Below are positions 37,546-48,239 of a DNA stretch of 48,239 bases, piece after piece (positions within the stretch are counted from its first letter, which is position 1; every line of letters begins with the position of its first letter). Origin of the DNA: Octopus bimaculoides (Eukaryota); the NCBI RefSeq assembly GCF_001194135.2, contig NC_068983.1:19420419-19468657 (forward strand). Reading direction: 5' to 3'. The translations under genes were made by a program, and so were the position numbers. The notes under the pieces are model-generated. The model ran no database searches and was not told the DNA's origin. It saw only the letters and a program-made list of their open reading frames with translations.

Positions 37546-38094
37546 TCCTAAAGTACTTGCTAACGATTATGATGAATTGTGAAGTGCAATTCCATAAACT
37601 TTTAAATTCTAAACCAGTTTCCAAATAAAGCCTTTATTGTGTGCTTAGAGTTAATAATTACATTACTTCATTTGAATATTACGTAGAAATTACCTGTTAA
37701 GGAAATTTAGAAGCTTCTAACTGAAAGATAAAGGATGTGAAGCAACATATAGCAATCACATAAAAATGGTCGGACTCGGAGACTCATGAATTTGTAGAAA
37801 AGAATGTTAGTGAAAAAATTTGAAGAAACAGTGATGTAAAATTTGAGAAAGTCAAACGGCTTTTAACAGTTCTGATATGAATAACAGAACATTGGAACTG
37901 ATCAGATTATGTTTAATGATGTCTACACGGCTATAGCATAATAACTGTATCACATGACTGAATATGACGTCACAAGTATTAAATAGAGAAAAATCTTTCT
38001 CGAAATTCCTTGTATCATTCGCCGTTTGTCACATATATTCACAAAGTAGTATAGAGGATAAAATGCACATACATCGATACCGAAAAGATGAAAG

Positions 38095-38560
38095 AAGAAA
38101 TTTGAACTTCGGTAGAAATTGAACTCAGACCGTAAACCGGACGAAATGCCACCAAGCATTTGGCCTGTTGCGCTAACAATTCTGCCAGCTCGCACACACA
38201 CACACACACACATACGTATATTAACCCGTTAAATACAGAATGAAATTTCGAACACGAGTCACCTGGATTTTGAATAAAATTTATGAGCTTTCAGCCGATT
38301 AAGTACCATCATGCACAATCACGAATACACAAACACACATTTAATATTAATTTCTCCAATAGATGCTGAAGGCCTGAAATTTGGAGGTAAGACGATAGTC
38401 GATTTCATCGACCCAGTCCTCAACTAGTATTAATTTTATGGAACTGAATGAATAAAAGCCATAGTCGACATAAGCAGAAATTGAACTCAGAACGTACAGA
38501 CAGCAAAATCCTGTTAACCTTTTTGCCCTATGTGCTAGTGATTCTACCAGCATCCACTTA
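38095..38560 (-). mobile_element. two SINE family C copies (38095-38192 and 38345-38560)
   Basis: gaaattgaactcaga.cgta...attct(g/a)ccagc occurs in both. Confidence 0.75.
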
Positions 38561-39104
38561 ATATTTAATATCGCCTGTGGATATGGTTGAACATAGCATG
38601 TCTATTTACGTGTAGCGTGATTCATATATAGATTGATAGACAGTTAAGTATACATGGATTTGAATGCATATAAACTGTGCGAATATTGTAAAGAAGTATT
38701 TATTATTTAAAGATACATTACATAAACGAACGAAGATATAATGGGGATACACGCGAAATAATTGTATGAAGATTTCCTGTTAGATGAATGGCAGGAAATC
38801 ATGTTGTAAGGATAAGAAAAAAAAAACTGGCAACGTTTCTTAAAGACATTCCGTGCAATAAGAATCTATTCGTTCATACTTTCTTAGATTTGATGAATAA
38901 ATTATTGCAAACATATCACAAAATTTGCATAATCTATGAGAAATTATATTAATGTAATCAATTCACCTGACAAAAGTTGTTTGAGCAACAACGAGACATT
39001 TTTTACTTTCTTCAGTTTAGTAGTGTAATGACCTCACATAAATTGCATCTATTGTATTAAATAATTGTAGTATGTTTCGGAATGAATAACTAATCACTAT
39101 TACG

Positions 39105-39290
39105 CATAGCGTAAGTGTAATTGTTATGGTTTATGCTATTGAATTTACGATCGCGAGATCATGGTTTCAATTCTTAGACCGTGTGGTGCGTTATTTTCTT
39201 GAGCAAAACACATCATCTCACGTTGTGCTGAGATAATCTCGACACTTGAGACATGGTACATCGATTACCCCTTCAGGCAACGTCGAATTA
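39105..39290 (+). mobile_element. degenerate tRNA-derived SINE
   Basis: gatcgcgagatcatggtttcaattcttagaccg...cttgagcaaaacac head and body pattern. Confidence 0.45.
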
Positions 39291-40081
39291 TTGATTAATT
39301 TGCCTCTTAATTCTGCAATCTGGTAGATTTATTCGACACATATCTCGCACCTTTTACTCCCTCTGATGTAGGCTCTGCCGTGCTTATTATTTCTCGCGAC
39401 TCGAGACCCCTACATACCTATTGCATTCACTAAGCAGTTGAATAAAGGGAACAAAATTTTGCCATTCAGTCGAGATAATTCTCCATTTGACAGAAACGAA
39501 AAATAGCAGTTAAAACTGCACAGAAGAGGCCATTATTTACTACATCGTAACGCAATTTAAAGTGAAAGTATGGACACTAGCAAATGGCCAAAGAAGAATT
39601 TATAAGACTGAACAATGATTAAAAAGTGAATATTCAATGTGTATTCTCTGCTTTCTTCAAACTATTAATTATTTCTCTTATATCGAAAAGAATAAAGTCT
39701 CTATTGGGACAACTGGATTTTCGCACGTGAAAAGTACTAAAAGTGGAAGGTAATAAAAATGGTCTATCCAACCACAAACATTAGGACAAAAGAACGATAA
39801 CCAGAATTATCGATCGATAATAGTGCAAAACTGATGCCCGATCGGATAGCTTATACCCACAAAAAAATTTCTTTCGAATAATTTTTTTGCAAACAGACCT
39901 AGTCTGTCATACCGGCCATGATGAATTATCACAGGGTATAGAAAATATGAAATACCACAAAGAATATAAATAAAACATAAAAAACAGACAGTGTTGGAAC
40001 TCTTTTAAACAAAGTAATATATTCCTCTATACACAATCATACAAAAAACCCCCTTTTTTTGTATTTATTTTTACTCGCATA

Positions 40082-40123
<42 letters not shown>

Positions 40124-42033
40124 CATATACATATATATACATATACATATATATATATATATATNNNNNNNNNNNNNNNNNNNNNNNNNNNNNNNNNNNN
40201 NNNNNNNNNNNNNNNNNNNNNNNNNNNNNNNNNNNNNNNNNNNNNNNNNNNNNNNNNNNNNNNNNNNNNNNNNNNNNNNNNNNNNNNNNNNNNNNNNNNN
40301 NNNNNNNNNNNNNNNNNNNNNNNNNNNNNNNNNNNNNNNNNNNNNNNNNNNNNNNNNNNNNNNNNNNNNNNNNNNNNNNNNNNNNNNNNNNNNNNNNNNN
40401 NNNNNNNNNNNNNNNNNNNNNNNNNNNNNNNNNNNNNNNNNNNNNNNNNNNNNNNNNNNNNNNNNNNNNNNNNNNNNNNNNNNNNNNNNNNNNNNNNNNN
40501 NNNNNNNNNNNNNNNNNNNNNNNNNNNNNNNNNNNNNNNNNNNNNNNNNNNNNNNNNNNNNNNNNNNNNNNNNNNNNNNNNNNNNNNNNNNNNNNNNNNN
40601 NNNNNNNNNNNNNNNNNNNNNNNNNNNNNNNNNNNNNNNNNNNNNNNNNNNNNNNNNNNNNNNNNNNNNNNNNNNNNNNNNNNNNNNNNNNNNNNNNNNN
40701 NNNNNNNNNNNNNNNNNNNNNNNNNNNNNNNNNNNNNNNNNNNNNNNNNNNNNNNNNNNNNNNNNNNNNNNNNNNNNNNNNNNNNNNNNNNNNNNNNNNN
40801 NNNNNNNNNNNNNNNNNNNNNNNNNNNNNNNNNNNNNNNNNNNNNNNNNNNNNNNNNNNNNNNNNNNNNNNNNNNNNNNNTATATATATGGGCAGGAGGA
40901 AAGTGGTTGTATTGCAGATTAATATATTACTAATTTAATAGTCAGTGGAAATCCGTTTTTAAATGATTATATTCATCCGATATTGATGTACATTGTTTGT
41001 TAGAACAATAGAGAGTATATTAAGCAAACATTTCACAAACTTAATAGAGTGCTATGTATAATATAATAATCTGATATAACATAATACAATATCATGTGTG
41101 TGTGTGTGCGTGTGTATGCGTCTGTGTGTGTGTATACGGACATTTTTGGCATGCATGACTTTTGAGGTTAGTCATGCAATACACACTTATTGATTAAGCT
41201 GAATCATTTGTGAAATTATTTAATTAAGGGATCCACTTTAGTTCCGTAATATAGCCGTGAGGGTTTCTGTTTTAATAGATTTATAAATTTAAAAGAAGAA
41301 ATAAATAAAAGAAATAGTTACTATTAACGTACCTCATTTGTAACTTAATTTAATTTTTCAATCCCTCAGGGCAAATATATATATATATTGCATTCTCATA
41401 GAAATCTTCAGTTCTAATCAATTGTTGGAGTAAATCTTTTTCAATTGTCATAAGACACAATCCTGAAACTGTTTTCTCCCCTGTTATATTTATTTGCTAA
41501 GCTTTAATTCTCTTCAGTGCAGTAAATGACCGTCCTATAAAAGGCAATTTCAGAAGGAATTGTCAAAATCAAATAGCAACGTCCAATACATTTCGTATTG
41601 TAACTTCAAAAATAAAGTAATTTCGGTGATGGTCGACCATCATTTATAATTAATGGATTCCTTTCAAAATTTTTTTTTCGTACATTTTCTTTTAATTCTT
41701 TAAGTCATCAATTACAAAGAACTAACAGAGAGGGAGACATATTGGACAGGGACAGATAGAGTGCGTTATGTATACATATTTTTATACATACATATATATA
41801 TATACAAATATATACATACCTATATATATACATATATACATACATATAGTATGTATAGAAAGAGAGTGAGAGAGAGGCAGACAGAGGGAGAGAAACAAAT
41901 AGTTTTGAATCTCGCTGCATGCGTATCGAATAGTAAAGTTTATTTACCAACAGAATGTGGTGGTCCTATAAAAGACGATTTTACTGATGGTTAAACCCCA
42001 GAAAACATATTTTTCCAGGTGACTATAGACATA

Positions 42034-42231
42034 CAGTCTGTGTCCGTATAGTGTTTACAAGGGAGATCATCGCTCCCATCTCCAGACTTACGTAATACTC
42101 CCAGACCATGGTCTCTGTGTGGTTACCCGTCCTCAGTGCGAAAGAATCAGAAACCATGGTCTGTGAGTATCACGTAAGGCTGGAGACAGGAGCGAATACC
42201 TCCTTTGCAAACACTATACTGACACAGATTG
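42034..42231. mobile_element. MITE with 84-bp terminal inverted repeats (TA|CAG end, Tc1/mariner-like)
   Basis: 42034-42117 aligns without gaps to the reverse complement of 42148-42231 at roughly 85 percent by eye; 30-bp spacer; left flank TA, right flank TG. Confidence 0.85.
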
Positions 42232-43064
42232 TGTGTTAATAGCCAGCTGAAAAGAGATGCTTTCTTGGAGCTTAAATAACAGTAACATCGTCCTTTATAT
42301 GGCCGCCACACTCTGTTGACAAATAAACTTTACTGTATATATATTATTTACACACACACACACACATACATATATATGTATATACAATGGTATTCTTACA
42401 GTTTCCTGCTTCCAATGACATATACTACGGTTTGGTTGGCTCGCGTTAATATGCGAAGACACTTGGTCATGTTGCCACGCAACTTTGTGGTTGGAAACCA
42501 AACTTCAAATTACAGAACCAAACCCGCACCGATAAATATAACAATAAGAGTAAAATAAACTATTGCTGTTACTAAGAATATTGACACATACACAATGTGA
42601 GTTACAATATGCAGAAACTTCTCCCCGGAATGCAACTATGAGAAATGTTAATATATCTAAAGCTTTCTATAATATTACACATTTTAAAATATGTTTAAGG
42701 CCGTTAATTCTAAAAACTAGAACGATATCAATATCTCTAGTTTGATAACCTCTAAGAATTTTACGTGACAGAGACGAAGATACAGTAAACCATACGCCTG
42801 TTCACACGATCCTATTGTAGAAAACATTTATTCCAGGAAATATAATTCCACATATCATAAACCTATAACTTTGCTTATCAAACTCTACAGTCAAAGATGA
42901 AGTCTGTAGATTCAATACTACTTCACGCGACTAGATATTCTGCTTCATTAAAAAAAAATGTAGCTATTCCTCAGAATTGACATCTAAAGAGTAGTGGATT
43001 TCACATGATGCATATCACAGTAAGTACCGAGATAGTCCTAAGTAATGGTCCTTTCTACAACAGA

Positions 43065-43200
43065 AACAAGGCCAAATATCATTTTTTGAGAAGAAGCGCT
43101 AGTCTATCCCTTCAACTCCAATGCTTGATTTGTACTTAGTTAATCTACCCCGAAATGATAAGGGGCAAAGTCAATCTCAGTGTCATTTGGACTAAGAAAG
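43065..43200 (-). mobile_element. SINE family C, degenerate
   Basis: acaaggccaaat...ctaccccgaaatgataaggggcaaagtcaatctcagtg. Confidence 0.55.
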
Positions 43201-43735
43201 TAAAGCCGCATAAAAATGTATGTAACAAAGTTGTTCGATGCGCTATCTATTCTGTCAGATCATCGCCTAACGACAACAAATAATAATGCATGCCGCAATT
43301 CACACAATACTTTCGGGAATTCGTCTTTGTCTAATAAAATAAAACAACACACAAATAAAAGGATAAAACTAACACAAGAATCAATAGAAACAGCAAAATA
43401 ATGCTAAGAGGATGTGTTAAACGCAGTCCTACATTTCAAAACCATAGATAAATATAAAATTAGAACAATGCTGTTACACAGCATAAACCGAGCGATGACC
43501 TACTCCTCGTCAACATGGAGTGAGAAACACCCAGGAAACTGTTGGAAAGACGAATAAATTTAGTCAATAACAATGATGGTAAATATTATAATCAGTTTTA
43601 TTAATAGAAGTAAAGCAACACATCTACATGGGAGCGCACGCAAACACAAGTATATGTATATGCATATATAAATTTATAATGTTTGTTTGTGTGCATCCAT
43701 TTATTTATGTATGCACAAATATACATGTATGAAAG

Positions 43736-43798
<63 letters not shown>

Positions 43799-44074
43799 NN
43801 NNNNNNNNNNNNNNNNNNNNNNNNNNNNNNNNNNNNNNNNNNNNNNNNNNNNNNNNNNNNNNNNNNNNNNNNNNNNNNNNNNNNNNNNNNNNNNNNNNNN
43901 NNNNNNNNNNNNNNNNNNNNNNNNNNNNNNNNNNNNNNNNNNNNNNNNNNNNNNNNNNNNNNNNNNNNNNNNNNNNNNNNNNNNNNNNNNNNNNNNNNNN
44001 NNNNNNNNNNNNNNNNNNNNNNNNNNNNNNNNNNNNNNNNNNNNNNNNNNNNNNNNNNNNNNNNNNNNNNNNNN

Positions 44075-44423
44075 TCCAGTTGTTACGATCAACGGAACAG
44101 CCTGCTCGTGAAATTAACGTGCAAGTGGCTGAGCACTCCATAGACACGTGTACCCTTAACGTAGTTCTTGGGGATATTCAGCGTGACACAGTGTGACATG
44201 GCTGACCTTTTGAATTACAGGTACATCAGAAACAGGAAGAAAGAGTAAGAGAAAGTTGTGGTGAAAGAGTACAGCAGGGTTCGCCACCATCCCCTGCCGG
44301 AGCCTCGTGGAGCTTTAGGTGTTTTCGCTCAATAAATACTCACAACGCCCGGTCTGGGAATCGAAACCGTGATCATATAACCGCGAATCCGCTGCCCTAA
44401 CCACTGGGCCATTGCATTTCCAC
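44075..44423 (-). mobile_element. tRNA-derived SINE (family B)
   Basis: Inverted homologue of 34654-35000; 3' end lost in the gap. Confidence 0.9.
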
Positions 44424-47400
44424 CATACACATACATACATACGTACATACATATATACATACATATAGTTGACTTTTGTTTATTGGCTTAGTGCCACGCA
44501 ATATACTTCAGTCTTATTGATATTATATAGAGGAAGAGTTTAATAAGAAAAACCTAACTTTGAAGCTACAAATACAGGTAATATTCTTCTACTCTCAGGT
44601 AATTTATTTACTTGCAAGTTGCATAGGTAATCACCAACAACTCTCAGGGTTAGTACCCATAATACAGAAAGATATAAACAATAAAATTAAGAAACCTGAA
44701 ACAGTATAAAAATAGCAAAATAATTATTAACGTGTGTAACGCTAAGTTCTTTCAATTCAATATTTTGGATATGTCTTCTCGATCCCGTCACCCCTGCTAT
44801 TTAAATCTCAAGGCCTCCCCTCTAAAAACAGTTCAGTTCACCAAACATCCATGTATGTGCGAAAATACCTATGATTTGATAGTTAATGGGGTTAACTACA
44901 CAGAGAGTATAACTACAGTCACAATGAACTTTTAGCAGATTGATGAATATGCGACCTAATATGTCAAATGACCTAATATATGCATATTATAAATTCAAAA
45001 TCTTCATTGAAATGATGGATTAGGAGTGTCCTCTAGGACGTATTTGACAACAATTGCCTACAGATTAGAATAGCTACTAATACAGGTGCGGTTGACCCCT
45101 AGACGTTTATATGGCCCTATATTTAGGCAACTACAAGCAATTTCATTTATTTATTGACCCGCGCAATGGTGGCCTTGGGTGTATCAATAAAGAGTTCTTG
45201 CTTCATGCGATTGATTTTAAAACCTCAGAGCTAGTATTGGTACGAAAATGTTTAAACTCTCCTCTTCCAATGAAATGATAAAAAAAAATAGGAACGTATA
45301 ATTAATTGTCGGAGCAGATTACAGTTTTAAAGATATCACTCTATCAACAGTGGTTCGCTATTTAAAAATGGACCTACAAAATAATGTTTCACGTCAACTT
45401 TTTGTCTTTAGGCTTAAGTCTATGGTAGGAGACTACCTCAAGATATGCCATATGAGCATATTCAGGCGGAAGGAAATACCAATAGTTAATCCATTTATAG
45501 AGGTTCTGTGAATATCAGCTACATTTGTGCTGGTAAATGGAACAGCTTAATATGAAATAGAGTGACCAAATGAATTATTACATATTGCAGTAATCTTGAG
45601 AGAAATCTTCAGAAAGTCACGCCCGATAGATCAGGCATGTAATATCAAATAATTTCGGTACGAAGATACAGTCACCTAAACAACGTCCAATCAAATTACT
45701 GATAAGGAAAGATCAATAGGAACGTGTGTAGGTGACTTCAATGAAATATTTATAACCATGAAACATCCTTTAGCGACCAGCACGAAACAAATAAAACTCA
45801 TATCTGGGATTTGAAAAGTATGATTTTTATGTGTCGTGTGAGTTATGGATTTTTCTATCGTATTGTGTTTGTGCTGAGTATACCATATGAAGTTAGCGAT
45901 GGCTTAAAATATGTACTGTGTGACTTTAGAAATATTATGGTCTGATGGTATATAAAATATGTGTTGTGCTGAGATCCATTGAAATATCTTTTTTTTCTAT
46001 GCTACTAAAATATGTTATAATAGTTGGTCGTCTTTGTTTTGTTGAAAGTTACTAATAATGTTATCGATGTTACAACATTAATTAAAATTACAATTAGTTT
46101 TAGTAACCATGGAATTTCAACATTATCTCTTTGAGAGCACTAAACTTTCTCTCTATCCAAACTTAATGATTTTATTATTAATCAATAGCTTGCCGTAATT
46201 ATTAAATATCATACCAGTAACGTCTGCGCATATAGATAGCTAATATCTTTCCTTTTGTTTGAAATAGGAAATGTAAAAGGGAACATATATACAACGAAAT
46301 TGACGATTGATTATTATTGCAGGTGATGGGAGTGGGTCATTTCATATTTCTTGCAAATTTTCCTTCTACACTTCCTCAAACCACATAGGTTAGGGACAGA
46401 AATAATTTGCATCCTCATTTATTTTACTCAAATATCAGCGTCTCTCCCAGCAATAACCATATTATCCAACACGTAGACATGTGAATAAAATTTCGTTTTG
46501 CACTTATTTACTATGAATTACCAGATCCTTAGGGTATTCATGGATGAATATTGTATGTTGCATTGGATATCCATTCGCTCCTTACATCTCATCATTATTT
46601 TTGGACATGTATAAGTTTCAAGTATTAGGCGAAGTATATAAGCCCCTAATTCAATTATACACTGTACAGACTTTCGGTGTGCATCTGGGGAAAATAGCTA
46701 TAGGCGACTTTATCATTATGTAGCCAAACGTATTTCCTACTATCTGACGAAAACCACAATACAGTTGATGCTATATGAGAATTCTGAGACAATTTCAGCT
46801 TATTTGATGAAGTAAAACAAAACATATATAAACAAAAATATATACTTTGCTGTTTTCTGGCTTATACATTTAACACGTATGACTAACGCGACCACCTGTG
46901 AAATGTGGTCACGTTAGTCACCTTACCTAATTGATTCATTCATTCATCAACAACTTTGCTAGCGGGAAATTAGTGGTTGCAACAAGGTGAAAATTTCAAA
47001 CAAAATTAATCGAATTACAAGGGCTGTAGGCAACGTGTTTGATCAACTAGATTCAAATTCGTTGTCTTTGAAAGACGGAGATTCTTAACTATAAAGTATT
47101 GAATTTGTTGTCAAAGGAGGCTCTGAAAAACGAAGCATAAAGCTAGTTGCTAAGTATGACTCACCAAAATGAGTCACACGATTGTTTCAGAGAGGAAGAA
47201 AGGCGTTGAGAGGGGACTATGAATGGGAAAAGTAATCGAGAGAGAGAGCGGGAAAGAGATAGAAGGGGTAAGTAAGAGAGGGGAAGAAGAGAAAGAAAAA
47301 CAGGTAGAAAGATGAGAATTTAAGAGAAAGAAATAACGTTAAACTATTTTACTCAATGAAGCGTTTGAAATAATCTTACCAGCGGTTACTTGTCAAATTG

Positions 47401-47983
47401 ACACCAGGATTTTTCTTTCAAGATTGTTATGTGTTCTGTTTTCTATTTCCCAGTATAACCAACTCCAAATGAATAAACTTCACAAGAAAGTGTACTTTTA
47501 TAGTAAAGAGAAACATCGGTGTGGTGAGTGCCAATAGTAAGAGTGACATGTCTATTTTCACTGGCAGAATCTGTAGATCGAATTGAGTTACCACGTAGTT
47601 GGTAACACGTGTGCTCAGATTTTGTTTTCTGAAATCATGCTATCAAACACGACGTGGTCCATAAAACCGTAATAAAAGTACACCGATGTTTATTAACCAC
47701 TGCAATGATATTACAAAACTGGGATACGGGCAACTTATGTGACAAGAAGAAATTCAAGTAAAAGGCAGATTGTTTGGTTCAGGAAACCAGTTAATTCCGA
47801 AGAGTACAGTCCATCGTACATAGCACATTGAGGGATGAAAGTCACAGCAGCGAGGCATTGCATGATGCACGTGGTATTTCATTTTATGTGGACATACATA
47901 AATATTATTGCATTACTCTGCCTATGAATATCTGACAACACAGCAAATGGCGACCCAATGTATTATATTCAAGGAACATAATC

Positions 47984-48235
47984 TTAGACAAACATAGTCA
48001 TCATGTCTGTAGCGTTTAGGTATATCTTAATCGCTACATCCTTATCATGAATGTCAGTCAAAAAATGATGATAGTGATCGCAGTAATTTGTTTTTATATT
48101 GTTCCAGATTCCATTGGCAATTGCATCCTTGTTTTCTTGTATTTCTTGGCTAGCTTGCACTCTCAATTGCTTAAACGCCACGGAAACTGGCACATACTCC
48201 AACATAGGGTACTCGCATGTTCGAAACTGACGCAT
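47984..48235 (-). CDS. non-repetitive 83-aa ORF at the window edge, unidentified
   Basis: MRQFRTCEYPMLEYVPVSVAFKQLRVQASQEIQENKDAIANGIWNNIKTNYCDHYHHFLTDIHDKDVAIKIYLNATDMMTMFV; globular-like composition; may continue beyond the window. Confidence 0.3.
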   Translation of the reverse strand: MRQFRTCEYPMLEYVPVSVAFKQLRVQASQEIQENKDAIANGIWNNIKTNYCDHYHHFLTDIHDKDVAIKIYLNATDMMTMFV

Positions 48236-48239
48236 ATAT

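Noticed and set aside
847-44196. Poly-I/L/K/E/T, YIYI and THTH ORFs, and ORFs running through X
   Set aside because: Microsatellite and assembly-gap artefacts.
46330-46490. YVLDNMVIAG...KKYEM on the minus strand, Copia RT-like
   Set aside because: The YVDD motif is imperfect, spacing is wrong and stops intervene.

Overview
AT-rich, microsatellite-dense eukaryotic scaffold segment with 11 assembly gaps. The SINE families and repeat landscape resemble an octopus (coleoid cephalopod) genome; this comes from my recall, not a database search. No complete gene, rRNA, true tRNA or CRISPR array can be supported, and nearly all long ORFs in the track are repeat or gap artefacts. Best-supported content: (1) four 5'-truncated RLE-type (R4/Dong-like) non-LTR retrotransposon ends, three of them embedded in (TAA)n tracts; (2) a 4.5 kb CpG-dense, internally palindromic 62-bp satellite abutting a GC-rich block; (3) a mariner 5' fragment and a Ty3/Gypsy protease-RT junction remnant; (4) many tRNA-headed SINEs, one with a hammerhead-ribozyme-like core and an inverted copy of its own tail; (5) several long hairpin or MITE-like palindromes. 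More speculative: a CR1/L2-like LINE remnant, isolated minus-strand exon candidates (one with a signal-peptide-like start), and a terminal ORF with weak Fanzor/TnpB-like resemblance. All protein family calls come from manual translation and motif recall.
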